The notes beneath the pieces are model-generated. The model was not told where the DNA came from and made no database searches. It saw nothing but the letters and a program-made list of their open reading frames with translations. Positions 28,281 through 38,614 of a stretch of DNA of 64,000 bases are shown here, in pieces. The stretch lies in the NCBI GenBank assembly GCA_963701855.1, contig CAVPBK010000006.1, positions 32,001-96,000 of the forward strand, read 5' to 3'. This DNA comes from Nitrospirota bacterium (GTDB taxonomy: Bacteria > Nitrospirota > Nitrospiria > Nitrospirales > Nitrospiraceae). The position numbers and the translations under genes were made by a program. Within the stretch, counting starts at the first letter, position 1. Every line of letters begins with the position of its first letter.

Positions 28281-31200
28281 CTATTTCGAACGAGCCACGG
28301 CGGGGAGGTTGGCACGAAGGTCACCCTCCCCGCTTCTCGAATCCCGTCCGATCATAGACCGCACCACCGCCCCATCGCGAAACACCACGAAATTCGACGG
28401 CACCGCAGGCACGCGCGGACCCGGCAAGATGACTCCTGCGAGATTCAACGGATCGCTGGCAGACAGTTTGATGTCGTGAGAGGCAGCACCCAACGCGTTC
28501 CGTTTTCTCGCCGCCCGTAATGATTCGACGGCTTCCGGCAACGCGAATTGCTCCCCTGTAAAGCCGCTCACAAACCTCCCCCCACGGATCTCACCTTGCA
28601 ACTCCATCCGACGATACTGCACCAGCAGATCGCGCCAGGACTGAACCAGAGACTCACGTGCCAGCAGATCACGGAAGACGACTCCGTAACGACGCAACAA
28701 TTGGCGCGCGACGGGCTCAGCAGGGAAGTGCTGAGTACTGAGTGCTGAGAGCGGACGGTCAATGACATTTCGGAGCAGCGACCAACGGCCGGCGGCATGG
28801 CGAGGCCGGCGCGACCGCTCTCGTCCTTCCGCACGGCGGCGACGCGGGTCCATGAGGGCACGGAGATTGTCGAAACCGTCGGCCGTAACCAAGCCGGCGG
28901 CCACGAGTTCCCAGAGTCCTTCTTCTACTTCTGTCGGAAGATGGCTGGTCATCCGCACGAGGTCGGCAAAGAAGCTCGCACCTCGCTCGTGTAAGGCACG
29001 ACGCAGGTCTTGCGCCACGGAACTCAACTGGGCAAACGGGTCAGGCCCATGCGGTGTTGCGTCATCGTGGAAAACAGCCCTCAACCATTCGCTCTCTTCT
29101 CGTGGAAAGATACTAATTGGGGCCACACTCGTCGGGATAATCCGGCGTCGTTCAAGCTCGCCACCGTGCGCAAGCCGTGGATGAGGAGACAGCCTGCCCC
29201 AGCTGACTGCCCCGCTCAGACAGAGTCGGTCCAAAAACTCCGGTTCATACTTTGCCAGCCTCGCCCGGAGCAGATGCGGCTCCCAGGCCGAGGCGGCCGC
29301 TTCAAAACCGGCCAGTTGCGCGACGACGTCCAAGAGACCGGCCTCGCCATGCAGACGCGACCCAGGTGAAACATGTTGCCATTGAAATAAAAATTGCATG
29401 AACTCGGCCGCAGTCACCGGCTCAACGTCTTTTCGCAGTCTGCCAATGGTCAGGCGATGAATCCGCGCCAGCAGTCGACGGTGGCAAAATTCGGGCGCTC
29501 CAGCGCCCGACAGTGCTGAGTGCTGAGTTCTGAGTGCTGAGTTAGGTCGAAAACTGGCCACGGAGGATTTGACCTGATGCTTCGAGGCGAATTAATGATT
29601 GATCAATCGCCTGAGTCGGACAATGCAATCGCGTCGCGAGTTCGATCGCCGTCGTCGGCCCGATGCTTTCCATCCAGCCAAGCACAACGGCATCGAGCGT
29701 CGTATCATCGCCAGACACAAACATCGATTGAATTTGGACCCGATGCTCCGTCGCCACCCATCCTCGTACTTCTTGCGCCTCACCTCTCACGTTGAGTTCA
29801 ACCGCACGCCCCTCCTCGATCAAGGGCGGCAGGTGGATCGCCCAGTCCTGTACTTCCTCGACCGGCAGCCAGAGCAACGTCAGCAAGGCATCGTGCAATT
29901 CATCCGGATCGCGCACGACGGGCCAGGACTCCCTCAGCACTTCCTCAATCGCTGCTGGGTCCAGCGCCCCGACCTCGCCGGCCAATTGAGCCGGAAGCGT
30001 ACGCCGCATCTCCACCGCCCGCGCCCGCCGCTCTTCCAACGGCGCATCGTCGAGAAACGCATAGGGGTTGGCATTCAAGATCTCGTGCGAGAACGGAGAC
30101 GGCATCGGCGTATCGACCGCCACACAGCTGATGGCCCCAGCTTCAATCCGCTTGAGGAGCGCGGTCAGCCCATCGAGATCCATCGCCTCGGTGAAACAGT
30201 CCCTCAACGTCTCATTCACGAGCGGATGATCCGGAATCTGGCGAGTCCGTTCGCCGACAATATTGTCCTGACAGGCCATCGCGTCAGGGAAGACGGCGCC
30301 AAGCAGATCCTCCGCCTTCATCCGTTGAATCTGTGGGGGAACCTTTTTGCCATGAGAGAATCGCAGCAAGACCAACGAACGGCTGACATTCCAGCGCCAG
30401 CGCGTCATAAACATCGGGGCCTGGAGCACGGCGGGAAGCAAGACCTCACGAAGCGTATGGCTGTGCAAGAACCCGAACACCGAATCGAGCGGGAAACTGT
30501 GCTTCTCGCCCAGCGAAATCACGATCCCGTTGTCGGTCGCCGCAGCCTGCAGTTCGAAATCGAAGGTCACGCAGAACCTCTTCCGCAAGGCGAGGCCCCA
30601 GGCCCGGTTGATCCGCCCCCCGAACGGCGTATGCAAGACCAGTTGCATCCCGCCGCTTTCATCGAAGAACCGTTCTGCGACGATTGTCTCCTGCGTCGGC
30701 AGGGTTCCCAGAACCGCGATACCGGCGGCGATGTAGGCGACAGCTTGCTCCGCGCCACGTTGATCCAGCGCGCATTCACTTTTGAGCCAGCTGATCGCTG
30801 ATCGCTGATGGCTGATAGACGGATCAGAAGAAGATAACCGCTCGGCAATCGCTTGCCGCAATGTTGCCACCTCCAGAGAGAGTTCCGCCGTGCGCGACGG
30901 AGCTTCGCCACGCCAGAAGGGAATGTTGGGTGGTGCGCCATGAGCGTCTTCCACCCGCACCTTGCCCATCTCTACGCCCTTAATCCGCCAGGAAGTATTC
31001 CCCAGCAACATGATGTCGCCGGCCAGACTCTCTACCGCAAAGTCTTCGTCGACCGATCCCACGACCGTGCCTTCAGGCTCTGCGACCACGGCATAGTTCG
31101 CTGTGTCTGGGATGGCCCCACCGGACGTGATCGCCGCCAGTCGCGCCCCTCGCCGACCTTTGATCCGACGATTGATCCGATCGTGATGCAGATAGGCCAG

Positions 31201-32679
31201 ACCCCGCCCGCGATTGGTCGCAATTCCATCCGCCAACATCCGCACCACCTGATCGAACTCAGAACGAGCCAAGGCCCGATAGGGATCGGCCCGGCGGCAG
31301 AGATCGAACAGGTCGTCTTCCTGCCAGGTCTGCGTCGCTGCCGCTGCTACCAATTGCTGCGCCAAAATATCGAGCGGCGCCGACGGCACGGCAATGCGGT
31401 CCAAGACTCCTGTTCGAATCGCGCGCATCAGCGCCGCACATTCGAGCAGGTCATCCCTCGTCATTGCGAAGAGACGGCCCTTGGGAATGGCTTTGATCCA
31501 GTGACCGGCCCGGCCAACCCGCTGCAGACAGGTGGCAATCGCGCGAGGTGAACCGATCTGACAAACGAGATCCACGGCGCCGATATCGATGCCGAGTTCC
31601 AGCGAGGCCGTGGCGACAACGACGCGCGTCTTGCCGCTCTTGAGCCGTTCTTCCGCCGACAGGCGAATCTGGCGCGAAAGGCTGCCATGGTGCGCCGCGA
31701 CGGCATCGAAGCCTAAGTCCCGCAGCCGCTCTTCCAGGGAGTGCGATACTCGCTCAGCAAGACGCCTCGTATTGACGAAGACCAAGGTCGAGCGATGCTG
31801 CCGGACCAGTTCGGCGACGCGATCATAGACATCAGCCCAAATGGCGTTCGTGGCCACGGCACTGAGTTCGTCTTTCGGTACTTCCACGGCCAGATCCATC
31901 TCACGCTTATGGCCCACGTCGATGATGGTGCAAGGGGTAGAGCTGCTAGCCAACGGAAAGTGCTGAGTGCTGAGTGCTGAGCTAAGGACGCTTGCCGGTT
32001 GAGGGTTGACGGTTGACGAGGTCTGATTCCCGACGAGGAACCGCGCGATGGTTTCGATTGGCCGTTGGGTCGCAGAGAGCCCGATGCGTTGAGGTTTCGT
32101 GAGCGTCAGCGCTTCCAATCGCTCCAGCGACAGAGCCAGATGGGCGCCGCGTTTATTCGGCGCAACGGCGTGGATTTCATCGACGATAACGGTCCGGACC
32201 GTCTGCAGTAACCGGCGGCTTTTTTCTGCCGTCAATAAAATAAAGAGCGACTCCGGCGTCGTGACGAGAATATGGGGCGGCCGCTTGAGCATCTGCTGGC
32301 GCTCCGTCATCGGCGTGTCGCCGGTGCGGACCAGCACACGGAGTTCCGGCATCAAGAGCCCGGCAGACAGAGCTGCGGTACCGATTTCAGCCAGCGGCTG
32401 CTGGAGGTTTTTCTGGATGTCGTTGCTGAGCGCTTTCAGCGGCGAGACGTAGAGCACCTGCGTATGGTCGTCGAGTTCGCGCGCAAGGGCTTGTTTGAAA
32501 AGACGATCGATGCAAGAGAGAAAGGCGGCAAACGTCTTCCCGGAGCCGGTCGGCGCCGCAATCAGAACATCAGCCCCAGATTGAATGACTGGCCAAGCCT
32601 GAACCTGTACGTCGGTGGGCTGGCCAACCTGCTGGTGAAACCATTCGGCAATGAGAGGATGGAATCGAGAGAGGGGCAT
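28281..32679 (-). CDS. lhr: Lhr-family DEAD/DEAH helicase, split by one +1 frameshift at 29550-29553
   Basis: APTGSGKT, SPLKAL, TTPESL, DEIH, SAT, HHGSL, SLELGID, QRVGRAGH; the C-terminal ORF 28281-29561 continues in frame if one A is removed from AAAA. Confidence 0.9.
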
Positions 32680-32720
32680 GGCACGTGATCGTACCACGCT
32701 GCCAGAGGAAGCTCTACCGG

Positions 32721-34307
32721 TTAAGGCATCGCGCGGACATAGATCTGATTTCCGCCAACCGCACCGAGATTCGTCGACACCGAAGAAAAGACCACAAACC
32801 CACCATTGACGCTGACCGATGGAGTATTACTCAATCCGTCTCCTGGCACTGGGAGAGAGCTATTATCCTTTGAAACAAGGCTCGTGCCGTTTCCAACTGT
32901 GTCCCTGAGGAAGATCTGCGACGGGGCTGAGCTCAGATCCCCCGTTAGATTACTAGACGCCGAGGTGAAGGCCACGAACTGACCGTCGTCACTGATAGTG
33001 GGTTGGCTGCTGGCTCCATCACCGACCGCTACACCCACGCCGGTGGCCTGCGAGACCAACGTGGTGATATTTAACTGCGTGTCCCTGAGAAAGATCTGCG
33101 ACGGGGCTGAGCTCAGATCCCCCGTTAGATTACTAGACGCCGAGGTGAAGGCCACGAACTGACCGTGCTCACTGACAGTGGATTGGCTGCTGGCTCCACC
33201 ACCGACCGTCACGCCCACGCCGGTGGCCTGCGAGACCAACGTGGTGATATTTAAATGCGTGTCCCTGAGAAAGATCTGCGACGGGGCTGAGCTCAGATCC
33301 CCTGTTAGAGTGCTAGCAGCCGAAGTGAAGGCTACGAACTGACCGTCGCCGCTGATGGTGGGTTGACTGCTGGCTCCATTGCCGACCGCTACGCCCACGC
33401 CGGTGGCCTGCGAGACCAACATGGTGATATTTAACTGCGTATCCCGGAGAAAGATCTGAGACGGGCCTGGGTCTAGATCCCCCGTTAGATTGCTAGCAGC
33501 CGAGGTGAAGGCCACGAACTGACCGTGCTCACTGATGGTGGGTTGGCTGCTGGCTCCACCACCGACCGCTACGCCCACGCCGGTGGCCTGCGAGACCAAC
33601 GTGGTGATATTTAACTGCGTGTCCCGGAGAAAGATCTGAGACGGGCCTGGATCCGGATCCCCCGTTAGATTGCTAGCAGCCGAGGTGAAGGCGACAAAGC
33701 GGCCATCAGCACTGATGGTGGGTTGGCTGCTGGCTCCATTGCCGGCATTGCCGACCGCGTCCTGCGACACGAGGGACGTTTGATTCGTCTGCCAGTCATG
33801 AATATAAATTTGCGACCCGAAGACGCCGGGGATAAGAGTGGCCGATGAGGCAAATGCCACAAAGCGACCGTCGTTGCTGATCGACGGACTGCTGCTGCTC
33901 CCCCCCGGGACTGGAGGAGTGCTATTATCGACGGAGACCACATCCGTCCTCGGATGGATGGCAAACAGCACTGAGCCAGTCGCGGTCTGACCTGTGTTGT
34001 CCGTCACAGTGAATGTCGCTGTGAAGTTGCCTGCTGCGGTCGGGGTACCACTTACGACACCCGTGCCGGCATTGAGAGATAGCCCATTTGGCAAGACTCC
34101 ACCGAATAGTGTCCAGGTGAACGGAGCCATTCCCCCTGTAGACGCGAGATTCGAAATATAGGGCGTGTTGACCACACCGAAATTGGCCGCTGTCGTCGAC
34201 ACCACAATGGTTGAGGTACTGCTGCCCCCACCGCCACCGCCTCCTGAACAGCTTAAGAGTCCGAATCCAAGGGCAATGACCGACAACAGAGACACAATGG
34301 ATTTCAT
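32721..34307 (-). CDS. Surface lipoprotein with a putative Ig domain and TolB-like beta-propeller repeats
   Basis: LLSC lipobox + poly-Gly, LPNGLSLNAGTGVVSGTPT (He_PIG-like), repeated PTISxDGRFVAFTS..QIFLRD. Confidence 0.82.
   Translation of the reverse strand: MKSIVSLLSVIALGFGLLSCSGGGGGGGSSTSTIVVSTTAANFGVVNTPYISNLASTGGMAPFTWTLFGGVLPNGLSLNAGTGVVSGTPTAAGNFTATFTVTDNTGQTATGSVLFAIHPRTDVVSVDNSTPPVPGGSSSSPSISNDGRFVAFASSATLIPGVFGSQIYIHDWQTNQTSLVSQDAVGNAGNGASSQPTISADGRFVAFTSAASNLTGDPDPGPSQIFLRDTQLNITTLVSQATGVGVAVGGGASSQPTISEHGQFVAFTSAASNLTGDLDPGPSQIFLRDTQLNITMLVSQATGVGVAVGNGASSQPTISGDGQFVAFTSAASTLTGDLSSAPSQIFLRDTHLNITTLVSQATGVGVTVGGGASSQSTVSEHGQFVAFTSASSNLTGDLSSAPSQIFLRDTQLNITTLVSQATGVGVAVGDGASSQPTISDDGQFVAFTSASSNLTGDLSSAPSQIFLRDTVGNGTSLVSKDNSSLPVPGDGLSNTPSVSVNGGFVVFSSVSTNLGAVGGNQIYVRAMP
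32899..33742. repeat. Intragenic tandem repeat, 180-bp (60-aa) unit, about 4.7 copies
   Basis: CCYGTTAGA recurs at 32941, 33121, 33301, 33481 and 33661 with near-identical units. Confidence 0.95.
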
Positions 34308-34404
34308 ATGAGGCATTCTCCTACGGATTCCTCTATGAGGCAACAGTTGTACCATATTACGCAACTGTGGAAAGATGGGCTAGTCTTACGATGGGGGGTA
34401 TCGA

Positions 34405-35295
34405 GTGACGCGACAGATGACATCACCGCTCGTTGTGCTGGGATCTGGCTACACAGGACGTGTGTTGCACAGAACGGGAACCTCGCAGGGGTGGACTGTC
34501 CATGCCACCAGCAGGAATCCCATGAGCAATCTCGCAGACATTCCTTCGGAACAGCGCCTCGAGTTCGACCTAGAACAGCCTTCGACCTGGCCGAATATTC
34601 CTGCGGGCGCTAATCTCATCTGGTGTTTTCCCGCCACGCCGATTTCCCAGGTCCAGGCCTTCGCACGCACACTCGACGCGCCTCCTCGGCGCATTGTCAT
34701 CTTAGGGAGCACGTCCGCCTACGAGGCGTCCGATCATTCCGTCGAATATCCTCCATCTTGGATTGACGAATCAGCCCCGATCGATCTGACCAAGTCGCGT
34801 GTCCAGGGCGAGGAATATCTGCGCAAACACCATGGCGCCATCGTTCTCCGCGTGGCAGGCATCTACGGACCTGGGCGGAACCCGCTGGATTGGATCAGGC
34901 AAGGCCGCATCGGCCCATCGCGCAAGTGTGTGAACCTGATTCACGTGGAAGACTTGGCGGCAATTTGTCTGGCAGCAATCGAGAAAGGGAAACCCGGCGA
35001 GGCCTACAACGTCAGCGATGGCACGCCTTATCTTTGGAGTGATATCTGCGCAACTGCGCAGCAGCGGTGGAGTGTGGCCGTGACAGCGGCAAACGAAGAC
35101 CGCTCATCGGGAAAACGAATCAGCAACGCCAAGCTTCGGTCTGAGCTAGGCTACACTCTAAAACACCCAGACTTATACGAGGCGCTAGCAATGATCGAAT
35201 CAGGGAACGGGGTAGAAGCGCAGGATGGTCAAAATGGCTTCCAGCAAGGCCCGAGGCGAGACGGAACCGGAGGCGTACCCTCGGGAGAGAACTGA
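34405..35295 (+). CDS. NAD-dependent epimerase/dehydratase-like (atypical SDR) protein
   Basis: GSGYTG, LRVAGIYGPGR, IHVEDLA, YNVSD, KRISNAK; C-terminal tail read from repeat A12. Confidence 0.85.
   Translation: MTRQMTSPLVVLGSGYTGRVLHRTGTSQGWTVHATSRNPMSNLADIPSEQRLEFDLEQPSTWPNIPAGANLIWCFPATPISQVQAFARTLDAPPRRIVILGSTSAYEASDHSVEYPPSWIDESAPIDLTKSRVQGEEYLRKHHGAIVLRVAGIYGPGRNPLDWIRQGRIGPSRKCVNLIHVEDLAAICLAAIEKGKPGEAYNVSDGTPYLWSDICATAQQRWSVAVTAANEDRSSGKRISNAKLRSELGYTLKHPDLYEALAMIESGNGVEAQDGQNGFQQGPRRDGTGGVPSGEN
35221..35284. repeat. Half copy of family A (A12), inside the 3' end of a CDS
   Basis: CAGGATGGTCAAAATGGCTTCCAGCAAGGCCCGAGGCGAGACGGAACCGGAGGCGTACCCTCGG. Confidence 0.8.
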
Positions 35296-35351
35296 AAGTA
35301 GATATTATTCCCGCCAATACTAATATGGCACCAGCCCTCGTTTTCTCTTTG

Positions 35352-35474
35352 CGGATGGTCAAACTGGTTCTCCAACTAGGCCGCAGACGAGAACAAACCG
35401 GAGACGTACCCTCTGGGGTACGTTGAGGATTTGGGTGAGTTGAGAACGACGTTGGAAGCCAGTTTCACCGTCCG
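35352..35474. repeat. Family A copy A13 (short form)
   Basis: CGGATGGTCAAACTGGTTCTCCAAC / GTTGGAAGCCAGTTTCACCGTCCG; core GACGTACCCTCTGGGGTACGTTGAGG; ends just before the stop at 35476. Confidence 0.88.
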
Positions 35475-35475
35475 A

Positions 35476-36975
35476 TTAGCGGAGGAGGGCCATCACTGCT
35501 AAGCACACCAGCAAATTGTTGATCGCATGGGCCAGAATACCCGGCAGGAGGCTCCCGGTCTTTTCATAAATCCAAGCCCAGAGCACGCCGCTCCAACAGA
35601 CACTCAATAACCCCACCAATCCATAGCCATGCGCGATGCCGAAGATACCGGCGCTGATCAATGCAGCCGGTAGAAAGCGGAACTTGCGGCGGAGAATCGC
35701 GAACAGCAATCCACGAAACGCAAGTTCTTCAAACAGCGGCGCAAAGACCACATATTCGACTAAACTAATGGCCGTCAGAGAAGGCGTAGCCCAGATGAGA
35801 TCTGCGTCGAACCATTCAGCCCAGTGACTCGTGAGATGGAATGGTTCCGACAACCGATCCATGACCCACCCGCCCCACAAACCTGCGGCCACCACCGCCA
35901 AGACCGCGGCCACCAGACGTCCGGCATTGGCCCATCCGATTTCCAGCCCAAAACCGGCATCGAATGTCATGCCGGACGGCCTGAAGAGATGATGGTAGGC
36001 CAAGAGAAGTAACGGCACATTCGTCAGCGGAATGGCCAGCGCCCGCAGTGAGGCATTGTCGGGCGGCGCGTAGAGTAAAAACACCGCCGTGATCATGGCG
36101 CCAATCGCGCCCCCGCGCAGCAACACCGCCGCGCCAATGCCGCCAGGCCACGGCGGCGGCACGCCCGGTTCATGCAGGCGAATGAAACTAGCCGGCTCAT
36201 TTCGTCTGATCCAGAGCAGCACGCACACCACAGTGCCGACGGCCATCGCGCCGAGTTCGACGAACGTCAAGCGATGCGACCGGACAAACTGGCGATCGAC
36301 ACGCACTGCGGCCTGTTCCTGAACCCTGGCCAAGAGCGCGGCATCGTTGGCACGCCGTGCCAGGCGTTCAGCCAGACGGTCGTAAAACCAGCCGGCAGGC
36401 ATCATCTCTGCCAGCTCTGCCTGCCACAAGACATACTGGTCCGCGTCATGCACCGGTCCTTCGCCATAGGCAGCCGTCACCAGATCGGCGAACTGAGGAA
36501 GCGGGTCTTCTGCTTTGGCCCACTCATGCGCGGAGAGGAGTGCCTGCGAGATATGGCCGGCCTCGGCTTGGAGAATCGCCAACTGAAGAGGGACCAACGG
36601 GTCTTCGGAAGTCTTCGCCAGTTCTTGATACCATTCAATCTCGTGCGCCCGTTCAGCCTCGTCGCCGCTGGAGGCCCAAGCCAAGAGCTGTTGTTCCCAC
36701 TGAGGCGCACGCTTGAGCCCCTCCTCCACATCCCTAGTCCGACTGACCATCAGGCTGAGTGCTTGCTCAGGTGACTCGATCTGATCCAGTTTAGATCCCG
36801 ATGTCGACAGCCCCACCACCGACCCCAGAGCCACCGTGAGAAAAAGCGCAGACAATAGCGTAACCGTGGGCGAGAACCGCCCAAAATAGACCCCGACCGT
36901 CGGCGGCACGTCTGTGGCTCGCCACCAAGACTTTGATGGCTGCGGATCGTTGAGAGCGAGCGTGGCAGGTTCCAT
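35476..36975 (-). CDS. CPBP (Abi/CAAX) family intramembrane metalloprotease
   Basis: APLFEELAFRG, FGIAH, HAINN. Confidence 0.88.
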   Translation of the reverse strand: MEPATLALNDPQPSKSWWRATDVPPTVGVYFGRFSPTVTLLSALFLTVALGSVVGLSTSGSKLDQIESPEQALSLMVSRTRDVEEGLKRAPQWEQQLLAWASSGDEAERAHEIEWYQELAKTSEDPLVPLQLAILQAEAGHISQALLSAHEWAKAEDPLPQFADLVTAAYGEGPVHDADQYVLWQAELAEMMPAGWFYDRLAERLARRANDAALLARVQEQAAVRVDRQFVRSHRLTFVELGAMAVGTVVCVLLWIRRNEPASFIRLHEPGVPPPWPGGIGAAVLLRGGAIGAMITAVFLLYAPPDNASLRALAIPLTNVPLLLLAYHHLFRPSGMTFDAGFGLEIGWANAGRLVAAVLAVVAAGLWGGWVMDRLSEPFHLTSHWAEWFDADLIWATPSLTAISLVEYVVFAPLFEELAFRGLLFAILRRKFRFLPAALISAGIFGIAHGYGLVGLLSVCWSGVLWAWIYEKTGSLLPGILAHAINNLLVCLAVMALLR

Positions 36976-37111
36976 AATCCTAGAGACTATAACATGCTGT
37001 TTTTCTGGCTCGAAACCCCCTCGAAATGACTAGGCGACGAAGGAAACCGCTCAGAATACCCGTGGCCGAACGCGACCCAACTCCGCTATACTGAGAAGCA
37101 TTTCTAGCAAA

Positions 37112-37197
37112 CTAGGCTAAGGTCGAGGCCAAGGCTGAGTGAAGATCTGACGTTCCTTATCTATCTTAGCCTCAACCTTAGCCTGAACCTCAACCTT
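37112..37197. repeat. Inverted arrays of degenerate hexamers
   Basis: CTAGGCTAAGGTCGAGGCCAAGGCTGAG ... CTTAGCCTCAACCTTAGCCTGAACCTCAACCTT. Confidence 0.7.
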
Positions 37198-37216
37198 CTT
37201 TCTGCTTCGGAGTGCA

Positions 37217-38404
37217 ATGTCAGTTCGGAACTTTATTCCCCCACGCCGGTTGCTCCTTGGCCCAGGGCCGAGCATGGTGCATCCGCGAGTCCTGCGTGCC
37301 CTCTCGACTCCTCTCCTCGGCCATTTAGACCCGGCCTTTCTTGCACTCATGGACGACATCCAAGTCCTGTTGCGCCTCGTCTTTCAGACCGAAAATCGCT
37401 TCACCATTGCAGTCTCCGGGACCGGCTCAGCCGGGATGGAGGCTTCGATCGTGAATATCGTTGAGCCCGGCGATGCGGTCATTGTCGGAATCAATGGTGT
37501 CTTCGGCACACGCCTCGCCGCAATGGTTGAACGCTGCGGGGGCAAAGCCATCCGGATTGAAGCCCCCTGGGGACAGATCATCGAACCAGAAGCCATAGAG
37601 ACGGCATTGCGCCGATCCGGCCCGGTCAAAGCTGTGGCCATCGTCCATGCTGAAACCTCAACCGGCGCCTGGCAGCCGCTTGAGACGATCGCCCGCCTTT
37701 GCCGCGACCATGATGCGCTCTTCGTCGTCGATGCCGTGACCTCCCTGGGAGGCGCACCGGTCGAGGTCGATCGTTGGGGCATCGATGTCTGCTATAGCGC
37801 CACCCAGAAATGTTTGAGCTGTCCACCCGGATTGTCTCCCTTCACCCTCAGCGACCGTGCGTTCGCCGCCATCAGAGCTCGCCGCACCCCCTGCCAGAGT
37901 TGGTATTTGGATATGACCTTGATCGCGGACTACTGGGCCGAAGGCGCCAGGGCCTACCATCACACAGCTCCAATCTCCATGCTCTATGCCCTGCGGGAAG
38001 CGTTACGACTCGTCGAAGAAGAGGGATTACCCGCCCGATTCACTCGCCATCAACTCAATAGCGAGGCCTTGATCGCAGGCTTGACCGAACTCGGGCTCAT
38101 TTCCCTTCCCCCGGCGGGACATCGGCTACCGATGTTGACTTGTGTCACAGTCCCCGCTCCTATTCCTGAAACCGAGGTACGAATGAACTTGCTCTCGACT
38201 TATGGCATTGAAATCGGTGGCGGGATCGGCCCCCTCAAAGGGAAGGTCTGGCGCATCGGCTTGATGGGTGAATCATCGACCGAAGCTCATGTCTTGACCC
38301 TGCTCAATGCACTGGAAGAACTGTTTATCCGCGGCGGCGGGCTTTCTACTCCCGGAGTCGCACTCCAAGCGGCCGCACGAGTCTACAGCCGTAGAGCATC
38401 GTGA
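37217..38404 (+). CDS. Alanine-glyoxylate / serine-pyruvate aminotransferase family (class V PLP enzyme)
   Basis: LLLGPGPS, HAETSTG, VDAVTSLGG, SATQKCL, WRIGLMG. Confidence 0.92.
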   Translation: MSVRNFIPPRRLLLGPGPSMVHPRVLRALSTPLLGHLDPAFLALMDDIQVLLRLVFQTENRFTIAVSGTGSAGMEASIVNIVEPGDAVIVGINGVFGTRLAAMVERCGGKAIRIEAPWGQIIEPEAIETALRRSGPVKAVAIVHAETSTGAWQPLETIARLCRDHDALFVVDAVTSLGGAPVEVDRWGIDVCYSATQKCLSCPPGLSPFTLSDRAFAAIRARRTPCQSWYLDMTLIADYWAEGARAYHHTAPISMLYALREALRLVEEEGLPARFTRHQLNSEALIAGLTELGLISLPPAGHRLPMLTCVTVPAPIPETEVRMNLLSTYGIEIGGGIGPLKGKVWRIGLMGESSTEAHVLTLLNALEELFIRGGGLSTPGVALQAAARVYSRRAS

Positions 38405-38424
38405 CAGCAGAGGACATCGCTCGC

Positions 38425-38580
38425 ATGAAGAGTAAACCATCTCTCTGGATGCTCGCAGCCGGAGCCTTTGCTTTTATCGCTATCATCGCCTACTTAATCT
38501 TCGCTCTGACGCTGGCGGAGCACATGGAGCCGTATCCCGTTCCTGAGGACAAGGCTGCGGCCACAAAGTCGGGGGTATAA
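38425..38580 (+). CDS. Small membrane protein (51 aa, not in the ORF track)
   Basis: MKSKPSLWMLAAGAFAFIAIIAYLIFALTLAEH..; GAGGA upstream; fills the intergenic gap. Confidence 0.55.
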   Translation: MKSKPSLWMLAAGAFAFIAIIAYLIFALTLAEHMEPYPVPEDKAAATKSGV

Positions 38581-38614
38581 TCGGCCACATCATCATCCAT
38601 CGCCTCGATACACC

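Noticed and set aside
29512..29561. Heptamer slippage or programmed frameshift as the cause of the lhr split
   Set aside because: The frame break maps to the adjacent A4 run; deleting one A restores RGQFRP and reads through the heptamers in frame.
29599..31551. Long plus-strand ORFs (400 aa, 232 aa) opposite lhr, and similar antisense ORFs opposite prmA, aas and the CCA gene
   Set aside because: Antisense shadows of GC-rich genes with no recognisable motifs.
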